This document shows, in pieces, positions 47,732 to 56,339 of a stretch of DNA of 64,000 bases. Position 1 is the first letter of the stretch. Each line of letters begins with the position of its first letter. Position numbers and translations under genes: made by a program. Under the pieces are notes generated by a model. It was given only the letters and a program-made list of their open reading frames with translations. It was not told the origin of the DNA and did no database searches. Source of the DNA: an uncultured Actinomycetota bacterium. Its GTDB lineage: Bacteria; Actinomycetota; Actinomycetes; Actinomycetales; Kineosporiaceae. Location of the stretch: assembly GCA_963738495.1 (NCBI GenBank), contig CAVTWW010000014.1:296091-360090 (forward strand). The letters are read 5' to 3'.

Positions 47732-47764
47732 ACATGTCACCGGTGTCAGACACCGGTGACATGT
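47732..47764. promoter_or_regulatory. Perfect 33-bp palindrome ACATGTCACCGGTGTC-A-GACACCGGTGACATGT; candidate LacI-family operator
   Basis: Two 16-bp perfect inverted arms with a 1-nt spacer end 9 nt before the AGGAAGGA SD of the FGGY kinase gene, in the divergent region shared with the LacI gene. Confidence 0.55.
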
Positions 47765-47779
47765 AGAGGAAGGACGGCG

Positions 47780-49168
47780 GTGAGCGACACCGGTCTCGTG
47801 ATGGGCATCGACGTCGGCACCACGTCGGTCAAGGCCGTGATCTACGAGCTCGACGGCACCGAGGCCACCTCCGCCGCCGCCCCCACGCCCTGGGTACGTG
47901 ACACCCGGGGAACCCAGATGGACCCGGTTCGCCTCGCCCGCTGCGTCATGACCGTCGTGGACGACGCCACCAGCCGGCTCGGCCAGGCCGAGGACGGGCG
48001 TTGGGCCGGCCGCCCGGTCATGGCCGTCGGGGTCACCGGCATGGGCGAGTCCGGCGTCCTCACCGACGCCTCCGACCGGCCCCTCGCACCGATCCGGGCA
48101 TGGCACGACGACCGCGGCGATGCGGCCCGGGTCGCCGCGGTGATCGGGACCGAGACCTTCGTCCGCTACTGCGGCATGCCCCTGACGGCCCAGCCCTCAC
48201 TGGCCAAAGTGCTCGCCCTGCACGCCGAGTACCCCGAAACCGTTCGCGCGAGCCGGTTCTGGTCGGTCCCGGAGTGGGTCGTCCATTCCCTCGGTGGCAC
48301 TCCCGGCAGCGAGCTGTCGCTGGCCAGCCGGACCGGGCTGCTCGACGTCCTGACCGGCGAGCCCTGCGAGGCCGCCACCGTCCTGGTGGGTGGACCGCTG
48401 CTCGGCGAGATCACCGTGGCCGGTACCCCCGCCGGACCCGCCGGCCCCCGCAGCAGCCAGGGCGCCGACCTGGGCGAGGTACCGGGCAGGGTCCACGGCG
48501 CCGTCCTGGCCGTGGCCGGGCACGACCACCAGACGGCGGCCTACGGTGCCGGGGCCGCCGAGGACGGCGTGCTCTTCGACTCCCTGGGGACTGCCGAGGC
48601 TCTGCTGCGCTTCACGTCCAAGCCGATCGACCGGGACGACGTCGCCGAGCTGGTGGCCGCGGGGGTCACGGTCGGGCGCACCGTCGTGCCCGACCACTAC
48701 TGCGCCCTCGCGGGGCTGAGCGTCGGCCTCGGTCTGGAACGGCTGTCCCTGCTGCTCGGTGCGCAGAGTCGCTCCGCCCGCGCGGCGCTCTACGACGCCT
48801 CGATCCGCACCGACCTGCCCCACCCGCCGCTGCAGGCGTCGATGACCGGGTCCAGCGTTCACCTGACGCTGCACGCCGACGTCGACCGCGCCCAGGCGTG
48901 GGTCCATGCGGTCGAGTCGCTGGTCGGGTTGGCCGCGGGGCCGCTGACCACGACCCGGTCCCTGTTCGGCGCCGAGCACCGCGCGGTCGGCGCCGGGGGC
49001 TGGCTGGCCGACCCGACGGTGGCCGCGGCCAAGCGACGTCAGCTGCCCCGGCTGACCACCTCGTCCACGGCCGAGGCCGGCGCCGCCGGTGCCGCCCGGC
49101 TCGCCGCGGTCGCCGCCGGGCTGGCGCCGCCGCCATCGGCCCCCGCCCCCACACCTGTCCCGTCCTGA
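47780..49168 (+). CDS. FGGY-family carbohydrate kinase
   Basis: GTG at 47780 is preceded by AGGAAGGA. N-terminal actin-fold motif LVMGIDVGTTSVKAVIYE and …AVAGHDHQTAAYGAG… are present. 462 aa. Confidence 0.85.
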   Translation: MSDTGLVMGIDVGTTSVKAVIYELDGTEATSAAAPTPWVRDTRGTQMDPVRLARCVMTVVDDATSRLGQAEDGRWAGRPVMAVGVTGMGESGVLTDASDRPLAPIRAWHDDRGDAARVAAVIGTETFVRYCGMPLTAQPSLAKVLALHAEYPETVRASRFWSVPEWVVHSLGGTPGSELSLASRTGLLDVLTGEPCEAATVLVGGPLLGEITVAGTPAGPAGPRSSQGADLGEVPGRVHGAVLAVAGHDHQTAAYGAGAAEDGVLFDSLGTAEALLRFTSKPIDRDDVAELVAAGVTVGRTVVPDHYCALAGLSVGLGLERLSLLLGAQSRSARAALYDASIRTDLPHPPLQASMTGSSVHLTLHADVDRAQAWVHAVESLVGLAAGPLTTTRSLFGAEHRAVGAGGWLADPTVAAAKRRQLPRLTTSSTAEAGAAGAARLAAVAAGLAPPPSAPAPTPVPS

Positions 49169-49192
49169 CTGCAACGAACCGAGGAGCAACTG

Positions 49193-50092
49193 ATGAGCCA
49201 CGCCGGACTCGCACGACTGGCCGACGACGACGGTCTGTTCAAGATTCTCGCACTCGACCAGCGCGCCATGCTCGGCCGCATGCTCAGCGGCGCCGGGCTG
49301 CCGTCCGAGAACTGTGACCGGGTCGCGTTCAAGGCCGAGGTCACCAGGGTCCTGGCGGCCGAGACCTCCGGGGTGCTCCTCGACCCGGAGTACGGCGTCA
49401 CCGGGCTCGCGAGCCAGCTCGACTTCACCCTGCCGTCCGCCCTGCTCATCGCCGCCGAGCCGACGGTGAAGGACCACTGGAACACCGAGTACCGAACGGT
49501 TCTCGACCCCACCCGGGACGCCGCCTGGGTCCGCACCCTCAACGGCGACGCCCTGAAGTTCATGCTCTACTGGGACCCGACCCGGACCACCGTGCCCGGT
49601 GAGCCCGACCTGGTGCAGGAGTCGCTCGACCGGGTCGCCGAGATCGTCGCCGACTGCCACTCGCAGGACCTCCCGAGTGTCATCGAGCCCCTGCTGACCG
49701 TGCCGAAGGACGCCGGCCAGGAGGACCACCGCTTCGACACCATCGTGCGCTCGGCGGCCATGCTCGCCGAGCTCAAGCCGAGCCTGCTCAAGCTGGAGTG
49801 GCCGGGCAGCGCGGAGCGGTGCAAGCAGATCACCGAGCTGCTGCCGGACGTCCCGTGGGCGCTGCTGTCGGCCGGTGTCGAGTACGAGGCGTTCGCCGAG
49901 CGGGTGGCCGTGGCCCTGGACAACGGCGCCAGCGGCGTCATCGCCGGCCGGGCCATCTGGGGCGAGGCGGCCTCTGTGGCCGGGCCCGAGCGGACGGCCT
50001 TCCTCACCGACGTGGCACTACCGCGCCTGAAGCACCTGACCACCGTCATGCAGGGCCGCGGCCGCAACTGGCAGGAGGCGATCAGGTCATGA
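49193..50092 (+). CDS. Class I aldolase of the LacD/tagatose-1,6-bisphosphate aldolase family (DhnA-type)
   Basis: GAGGAG SD at 6 nt. Motifs FKILALDQRAMLGRML, VLLDPEYG, ALKFMLYWDP, LKLEWP and LLSAGVEYEAF…GVIAGRAIWGEA align with the LacD/YihT family. Confidence 0.8.
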   Translation: MSHAGLARLADDDGLFKILALDQRAMLGRMLSGAGLPSENCDRVAFKAEVTRVLAAETSGVLLDPEYGVTGLASQLDFTLPSALLIAAEPTVKDHWNTEYRTVLDPTRDAAWVRTLNGDALKFMLYWDPTRTTVPGEPDLVQESLDRVAEIVADCHSQDLPSVIEPLLTVPKDAGQEDHRFDTIVRSAAMLAELKPSLLKLEWPGSAERCKQITELLPDVPWALLSAGVEYEAFAERVAVALDNGASGVIAGRAIWGEAASVAGPERTAFLTDVALPRLKHLTTVMQGRGRNWQEAIRS

Positions 50093-50886
50093 CAGCAACG
50101 CAGCCCGCCGGCAGCGGCGCCGGCAACGGCAGCGAGCGGGTGCCGGCCCTCGAGGCCCGCTCGGTCGTCAAGTCGTTCGGCACGGTCCGCGCCCTACGGG
50201 GAGTCTCGTTCCGGGCCTTCCCCGGCGAGGTTACCGCGCTGGTCGGCGACAACGGAGCGGGCAAGTCGACGCTCATCAAGGCGCTCTCCGGGGTCTTCGC
50301 GCCGGACTCCGGCGAGATCCTGGTCGACGGCAGACAGGTCGGCATCGCCACCCCGCAGGAGGCGACCAAGCTCGGGATCGAGACGGTCTACCAGGACCTG
50401 GCACTGGCCCCTGACCTCGACGCTGCCTCGAACGTCTTCCTGGGCAGGGAGATCCGCCGGTTCGGAGTACTGCACAACCAGCCCGAGATGCGTCGCCGGA
50501 CCGCGGCGAGCTTCAAGGAGCTCGGCGTCGGGCTGGTGCAGGACCTGAAGGTGCCGGTGGCCTCGTTCTCTGGCGGCCAGCGACAGTCCGTCGCCATCGC
50601 CCGGGCGGCCATGTGGGCCCAGCACGTGATCATCATGGACGAGCCCACCGCCGCCCTGGGCGTGATCCAGACCCGCAAGGTGCTCGAACTGATCAACAGT
50701 GTCCGCGAGCGCGGGTTGGCGGTCATCTTCATCTCGCACAACCTGCCCGAGGTGCTGCAGGTGGCCGACCGGATCGAGGTCCTTCGACTCGGGGCCCGCG
50801 TCGCCCGCTTCAGCCGTGGCGAGGCTGACGTGGACCGGCTCATCGCGGCGATCTCTGGGGCCTACCGGAACGAGGAGTCATCGTGA
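50089..50886 (+). CDS. Sugar ABC transporter ATP-binding protein, single NBD
   Basis: ATG overlaps the aldolase stop as ATGA. Walker A GDNGAGKST, signature FSGGQRQSVAIARA, and Walker B HVIIMDEPTAALG. Confidence 0.9.
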   Translation: MTATQPAGSGAGNGSERVPALEARSVVKSFGTVRALRGVSFRAFPGEVTALVGDNGAGKSTLIKALSGVFAPDSGEILVDGRQVGIATPQEATKLGIETVYQDLALAPDLDAASNVFLGREIRRFGVLHNQPEMRRRTAASFKELGVGLVQDLKVPVASFSGGQRQSVAIARAAMWAQHVIIMDEPTAALGVIQTRKVLELINSVRERGLAVIFISHNLPEVLQVADRIEVLRLGARVARFSRGEADVDRLIAAISGAYRNEESS

Positions 50887-51962
50887 GCGAGAACGCCGTC
50901 ACCACCGCGCCGGACGACGAGGTCGACGGCGGCGAGCCGTCGACCGGCAAGAGCCTGGGCCAGCGACTCAAGCAGCTCTCGACCACACCCATCCTCGTGA
51001 CGCTGCTCTTCCTGCTGGTGCTGCTCGCCATCTTCTCGGCGATGGCCCCCGGCAAGTTCGGCACCTCGAGCAACCTTGGCCTGCTGGCTCAGAACGTGGC
51101 GATCCTGACCGTCGTCAGCGTGGGCACCACCTTCGTCATCGCCACGGCGGGGATCGACCTGTCGATCCCGAGCGGCATCATCCTGGGAGAGGTCTTCGCC
51201 GCCCAGGCGTTGAAGCTGATGAGCGCACCGGGCGGTGGCACCGCCCTCGACGTCCAGGCCTCGGACACCACGGCGGGCTACATCCTCGGCGCGCTGGCCG
51301 CGGCACTGTTCGCCGGACTGATCATCGGGGCCATCAACGGCTTCGTCGTGGCCTACCTGCACATCCCGCCGATGCTGGCCACGCTGGGCACCCTGGGTGC
51401 CGGCCTGGGCGTGGCGCTACTGCTGCAGAACGGCGTGAACGTGGCGAGCTACGCCCTCAACCCGGTCGCCACCAGCCACCTGATCCCGGGGGTGACCAAC
51501 CTGATCCTGATCGCGCTGATCGTGGTGGTGGCCGGATACGTCGGCCTGCACTACTCGGTGTTCGGGCGGCACACGCTGGCGATCGGTTCCAACGAGGAGG
51601 CCGCCCGGCGGGTGGGCCTGAAGGTGCAGCGCCACCTGCTGCTGGTCTACATCCTGGGCGGGGTGGCGAACGGGTTCGCCGGGTTCCTGTCCCTCGCCTA
51701 CTTCTCGACCACCTCGGTCGGCGGTCACTCCACCGACAACCTGCAGGCCATCACCGCGGTCGCCCTGGGCGGCACCAGCCTGTTCGGCGGGGTGGGAACG
51801 ATCATCGGCACCCTGATCGGGGTCTGGATCCCGGCCGTGCTGCAGAACGGCTTCATCATCGTCGGCGTCAACCCCTACTGGCAGATGATCGCCGTCGGCG
51901 TCGTCCTGATCCTGGCCGTCTGGCTCGACCAGCTGCGTCGACGGTCCCAGAACCGCAGATAG
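50883..51962 (+). CDS. Sugar ABC transporter permease (CUT2 / RbsC-like)
   Basis: GTG overlaps the ATPase stop as GTGA. 359 aa with ~10 TM helices and the branched/ribose-type permease fold. Confidence 0.9.
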   Translation: MSENAVTTAPDDEVDGGEPSTGKSLGQRLKQLSTTPILVTLLFLLVLLAIFSAMAPGKFGTSSNLGLLAQNVAILTVVSVGTTFVIATAGIDLSIPSGIILGEVFAAQALKLMSAPGGGTALDVQASDTTAGYILGALAAALFAGLIIGAINGFVVAYLHIPPMLATLGTLGAGLGVALLLQNGVNVASYALNPVATSHLIPGVTNLILIALIVVVAGYVGLHYSVFGRHTLAIGSNEEAARRVGLKVQRHLLLVYILGGVANGFAGFLSLAYFSTTSVGGHSTDNLQAITAVALGGTSLFGGVGTIIGTLIGVWIPAVLQNGFIIVGVNPYWQMIAVGVVLILAVWLDQLRRRSQNRR

Positions 51963-52046
51963 TCCCCCAGTCCCCCCGCACTGGCACTCGTGCGGGACGA
52001 AACCCCATGCAACGGCGTCGGGTTCAGCACAAATGAAGGAGCAATC

Positions 52047-53081
52047 GTGAAGTCCACACGACTCATGGGTGCGTCGGCCGTGGCCGCCACCGCGTTGGTC
52101 TTGGCGGCCTGCGGCGGGTCGAGCAGCAGCTCGACCTCGACCTCGGACACCGCCGCCGGTAGTGCTGCAGCGACGGCGGCCTCCTCCGCCGCCGGTTCCA
52201 CGGGCAAGAAGATCACCCTCATGGTCGGCGTCAAGGGTGACCCGTTCTACGTGTCGATGCAGTGCGGTGCGCAGGAGGCCGCCACGGCCGCCGGCGCCAC
52301 CCTGGACACCCAGGGCCCCGACAAGTTCGATGCCACCTTGCAGAACCCGATGCTGGACGCCGTCTCGGCCGCCAAGCCCGACGCCCTGCTGGTCGCACCG
52401 AACGACGTCAAGGCCTCCACGCCCTCGCTGAAGCGGATCCAGGACGGCGGCGCCAAGGTCGTGCTGGTCGACACCTCGGTCGAGGACACCACCATCGGCG
52501 TCTCGCGGATCGCCACGAACAACGAGCTCGGTGGCGAGAAGGCCGCCGAGGCTCTGGGCACCCTCGGGCTGGCGAAGGGCGCCAAGGTCGTCGTCATCTC
52601 GACCGACCCCGGCATCTCCAGCGTCGACGCCCGCGTCGCCGGCTTCAAGAAGAAGGCCGCCGAGCTGGGCTTCACGCTTGTCTCGGACACCCAGTACTCG
52701 CACAACACGGCCGCCACCGGCGCCCAGGTGATCAGCGCCGACCTGGCCAAGGACCCTGACCTCGCCGGGGTGTTCGCCACCAACCTGTTCACCGCGCAGG
52801 GTGTGGCGACCGGCGTCAAGCAGGCCGGCAAGTCGGGCTCGGTCAAGGTCGTCGGCTTCGACGCCGGTCCCGACCAGATGAAGCAGCTGGCTGCCGGCGA
52901 CGTGCAGGCCCTGGTGGCCCAGAAGCCGTACGACATCGGCAAGCAGGGTGTCGAGCAGGCGCTGGCCGCCCTGTCCGGTGGATCGGTGACCGCCAAGATC
53001 GAGACCGAGTCCCTGGTCGTGACCAAGGACAACATGGCCCAGCCGGACGTCGCGAAGTACATCTACAAGTCGGGTTGCTGA
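52047..53081 (+). CDS. Sugar ABC transporter substrate-binding lipoprotein (periplasmic-binding-protein family 1, RbsB-like)
   Basis: GTG at 52047 is preceded by GAAGGAG at 5 nt. Signal plus lipobox …ATALVLAACGGSSSS. PBP type-I fold. Confidence 0.85.
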   Translation: MKSTRLMGASAVAATALVLAACGGSSSSSTSTSDTAAGSAAATAASSAAGSTGKKITLMVGVKGDPFYVSMQCGAQEAATAAGATLDTQGPDKFDATLQNPMLDAVSAAKPDALLVAPNDVKASTPSLKRIQDGGAKVVLVDTSVEDTTIGVSRIATNNELGGEKAAEALGTLGLAKGAKVVVISTDPGISSVDARVAGFKKKAAELGFTLVSDTQYSHNTAATGAQVISADLAKDPDLAGVFATNLFTAQGVATGVKQAGKSGSVKVVGFDAGPDQMKQLAAGDVQALVAQKPYDIGKQGVEQALAALSGGSVTAKIETESLVVTKDNMAQPDVAKYIYKSGC

Positions 53082-53199
53082 CCACAGCCCCGTCTGCGGC
53101 GCCCTTCGGCCGAGCTCGTCCGCCCCGCGCGGCCGGCTCGCCGGAGGGCGTCCGCCCTGTGAACGACCCCCGTAGTCGAGGGACCCACGAGAGGACGTC

Positions 53200-53853
53200 A
53201 TGGCGACACTGACGACCGTGTCGGCGCAGGCGCTGCTCTTCGACCTGGACGGCACCCTGGCCGACTCCACCGACAGCGTCGACCGGGCCTGGACCCGGAT
53301 GGCCAGGCTGCTGGGCAAGGACCCGGCAGAGGTCGTGGGCAAGTTCCACGGCATGACCGGCAGCCAGACGTTGCTGATGGTCGAGCCGTCGCTGACGCCG
53401 CAGCAGGTCGTCGAGATGAACGAGGTCCTCATCGACCTCGAGGTGGCCGACAGCGCCGCCGTCACCGCCGTCCCCGGTGCGCTGCAGGCCCTGGCCGCCG
53501 TGCCGGGCGACCGGTGGGCGATCGTGACCAGCTGTCCCGCCCGATTGGCCTGGGCCCGGATCGAGGCGGCCGGCCTGCCGCGCCCGACGACGATGGTCAC
53601 CGCCGACGACGTGCGGCACAGCAAGCCGCATCCCGAGCCCTACCTGCTGGGCGCCCGTCGGCTCGGGTTCGACCCCGGCGACTGCCTGGCGGTCGAGGAC
53701 GCCCCCGCCGGAGTCGCCTCCGCACGTGCCGCCGGGTGCCGGGTGCTGGCGCTGCGCACCTCCCACCGCGGCTCCTTCGAGGTCGACTCCGTCCCCGACC
53801 TGTCCGGCGTCACCGTCGAGCCCCTCGAGGGTCGCCTACGAGTCCGCTACTGA
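53200..53853 (+). CDS. HAD-superfamily phosphatase (subfamily IA, beta-phosphoglucomutase-like)
   Basis: Motif I ALLFDLDGTLADS, motif II IVTSCP, motif III K, and motif IV VEDAPAGVASARAAG. GAGAGGA SD. Confidence 0.8.
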   Translation: MATLTTVSAQALLFDLDGTLADSTDSVDRAWTRMARLLGKDPAEVVGKFHGMTGSQTLLMVEPSLTPQQVVEMNEVLIDLEVADSAAVTAVPGALQALAAVPGDRWAIVTSCPARLAWARIEAAGLPRPTTMVTADDVRHSKPHPEPYLLGARRLGFDPGDCLAVEDAPAGVASARAAGCRVLALRTSHRGSFEVDSVPDLSGVTVEPLEGRLRVRY

Positions 53854-53887
53854 CCCTGCCCGGGCAGCGCGCTCGACGGCAGGACGT

Positions 53888-55093
53888 TCACGGCAGCACC
53901 ACCCAGGCGCCGCTCTCGGCCGAGCGGGTCATGGCGTCCAGGGCCACGGCGCTGCTGACGGCGTCGGCCAGCGTCGGGCCGTGGGCGGTCCCGTCCGCGA
54001 TCGAGCGCACGAAGTCATGGGCCTCGATCACCTTGAGATCGTCGCTGCCCATGCTGATGGCCGATCCCGGCTGGAACGCGGCGTAGTCACCGTGCCCGGG
54101 GCCGACGTGGATCGTGGTCACCGGCTGGTCCTGATAGTCGGTGCCGCGGCTGACGCCGAGCTCGCCCATCCGCCGGAAGTCCCAGAACACCGCACCCCTG
54201 GTGCCGTGCACCTCGAAGCCGTAGGCGTTCTGCTCCCCCACCGACACCCGGCAGGCCTCGAGCACGCCGCGGGCACCCGAGGCGAACCGCAGCAGGCACG
54301 ATACGTAGTCGTCGTTCTCGACCGGACCCCGCTCGCCGCCCGTGGCACGGGGGTGACCGGCGGTGGCGGCGCCCGGCTTGGCCCGCTCCCTCACGAAGAC
54401 CGCGGTGTCGGCGACCAGCGCCTCGATCTCGCCGAGCAGGTGCCGGGCCAGGTCGACGCCGTGCGAGGCCAGGTCGCCCAGCACCCCGTTGCCGCCACGG
54501 GCCTTCTCGTAGCGCCAGGTGAGGGCGCCGTCCGGGTGAGCGGCGTAGTCGCTGAACAGCCTCACCCGCACGTGGGTGATGTCGCCGATCTCGCCCGCGG
54601 CGATCAGCTGCCGGGCCGCCTGCACCGCCGGGGCGTTGCGGTAGTTGAAGCCGACGACCCCCTGCACGCCGGCGCCGATCACGGCGTCGCGCACCGCGCG
54701 GGCGTCGTCCGGGTCCAGACCGACCGGCTTCTCGATCCAGATGTGCTTGCCGGCCTGCGCCAGGGCGACCCCGATCTCGCGGTGCAGGAAGTTGGGCGCG
54801 GTGATGCTGACGGCCTGCACCCGCGGGTCGCCGGCCAGCTCGCGCCAGTCGAGCACGGCGGTCTCGAAGCCGAACTGCCCGACCGCGGCCTCGGCGCGAC
54901 CGGGCACCTCGTCGGCCACTGCCACCAGCCGAGGCTGCAGCCGGACGTCGGGGAAGTGGTGCCGCAGCCGGGCATAGGCCTGGGTGTGGACCCGGCCCAT
55001 CCACCCGAACCCGACCACCGCCACCCCGAGCACGGCCACCCCGAGCTCGTCGGGGCCCAGCGGTCCCGGATCACCTGTGGTCGAGCCCGTCAT
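53888..55093 (-). CDS. Gfo/Idh/MocA-family NAD(P)-dependent oxidoreductase
   Basis: ATG at 55093 (MTGSTTG…). Rossmann VAVVGFGWMGRVHTQAY and the EKP motif IWIEKPVGL. Confidence 0.85.
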   Translation of the reverse strand: MTGSTTGDPGPLGPDELGVAVLGVAVVGFGWMGRVHTQAYARLRHHFPDVRLQPRLVAVADEVPGRAEAAVGQFGFETAVLDWRELAGDPRVQAVSITAPNFLHREIGVALAQAGKHIWIEKPVGLDPDDARAVRDAVIGAGVQGVVGFNYRNAPAVQAARQLIAAGEIGDITHVRVRLFSDYAAHPDGALTWRYEKARGGNGVLGDLASHGVDLARHLLGEIEALVADTAVFVRERAKPGAATAGHPRATGGERGPVENDDYVSCLLRFASGARGVLEACRVSVGEQNAYGFEVHGTRGAVFWDFRRMGELGVSRGTDYQDQPVTTIHVGPGHGDYAAFQPGSAISMGSDDLKVIEAHDFVRSIADGTAHGPTLADAVSSAVALDAMTRSAESGAWVVLP

Positions 55094-55120
55094 GGTCAGC
55101 TCCGCGCGTTGGTCAAATGT

Positions 55121-55134
55121 TGGACCGGTCCAAG
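55121..55134. promoter_or_regulatory. Perfect 14-bp palindrome TTGGACCGGTCCAA; candidate operator for the adjacent LacI
   Basis: It lies in the divergent region between the Gfo/Idh/MocA gene (-) and the LacI gene (+). It shares the ACCGGT core with the 47732 palindrome. A related imperfect copy GGACCGGTAC lies at ~55237-55246. Confidence 0.4.
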
Positions 55135-55194
55135 TTATTCTGGAACCATGTTGACCGGCCCGGATCGGGGCTGTCAACATGCACAGCAAGGGCA

Positions 55195-56310
55195 ATGGCA
55201 GAATCCAGGGGGCCGTTTCGATGTCGGAACGATCGTGGACCGGTACAAGTGAGCGCTGAGCCGCCGTCGACCTCGCCGTCCGTGCCGGCCGAGCCTCGGA
55301 GGCCGGCCAAGCCGCCCACGATCCGCGACGTCGCCCAGCTGGCCGGGGTCTCGAAGTCGCTGGTCTCGCTGGTGCTGCGTGAGTCCGGCCCGGTCAGCGA
55401 CGACAAGCGGCAGGCGGTGCTGGCCGCCGTCGAGAACCTCGGCTACCGCCCGAACGCGGCGGCCCGCAGCCTCAGCGAGCGGCGTACCCGCACCGTCGGC
55501 GTCCTGCTCAACGACCTGCGCAACCCCTGGTTCGTCGATCTGCTCAACGGGGTGAACGCGGTGCTGTCCGACCACGGCCTGCACGTGCTGCTCGCCGACG
55601 CCCACCTCAGCCGCGAGATCGGCGAGGACCTCACCCGCACCTTCCTCGACCTGGGCGTCGACGGTTTGATCGCGGTCGGCACCCTTCCCGACGCCTCGGC
55701 CGTGGCCAGCGCCGCCGCGCGGGTGCCCACCGTGGTCGCCGGCACCCGTGAGCCGAGCCTGCCCCACGTGGACGTCGTCGCCAACGACGACGAGCACGGC
55801 ACCCGGCTCGCCACCGAGCACCTCGTCGAGCTGGGGCATCGCCACATCGCCCACCTCAGCGGACGGGGCGTGGTCGGCGAGCTGCGCCGACAGGCCTTCC
55901 TGGCCACGATGGATCGGCACGGCCTCGCCGGGTCGACCCGGGTCGAGCCCAGCGACGGCACCGAGGAGGGTGGCTATCGCAGCACGGTCCGGCTGCTGGC
56001 CGGCCCCGGTCGACCCACCGCGATCGTCGCCTTCAACGACATGAGCGCCGTCGGCACGCTGTCCGCCGCCGCAGAGTTCGGACTGTCGGTGCCCATCGAC
56101 CTCTCGGTCGTCGGCTACGACAACACCTCGATCTCCAGGCTGCGCCACCTGTGGCTCACGACCGTCGACAACGCCAGCCACGACGTGGGACGACGCGCCG
56201 CACAGTGCCTGCTGCGCCGGATCGCCCGGCCCGACCTGCCGGCCGCCCTCAGCCTGTCGCCACCCACGCTGCAGGTTCGCGGCACCACCGCAGCACCCGC
56301 GCACCCGTAG
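55195..56310 (+). CDS. LacI-family transcriptional regulator
   Basis: HTH TIRDVAQLAGVSKSLVSLVLRE and an effector domain. The start is ambiguous between ATG 55195, GTG 55249 and the track ORF start 55117. Confidence 0.8.
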   Translation: MAESRGPFRCRNDRGPVQVSAEPPSTSPSVPAEPRRPAKPPTIRDVAQLAGVSKSLVSLVLRESGPVSDDKRQAVLAAVENLGYRPNAAARSLSERRTRTVGVLLNDLRNPWFVDLLNGVNAVLSDHGLHVLLADAHLSREIGEDLTRTFLDLGVDGLIAVGTLPDASAVASAAARVPTVVAGTREPSLPHVDVVANDDEHGTRLATEHLVELGHRHIAHLSGRGVVGELRRQAFLATMDRHGLAGSTRVEPSDGTEEGGYRSTVRLLAGPGRPTAIVAFNDMSAVGTLSAAAEFGLSVPIDLSVVGYDNTSISRLRHLWLTTVDNASHDVGRRAAQCLLRRIARPDLPAALSLSPPTLQVRGTTAAPAHP

Positions 56311-56339
56311 GACGGCGTGGTCCGACGGCGGACTTCTGG

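Noticed and set aside
53726-55252. 508-aa plus-strand ORF
   Set aside because: It is antisense to the Gfo/Idh/MocA oxidoreductase, which has Rossmann and EKP motifs. There are no motifs in the plus-strand frame.
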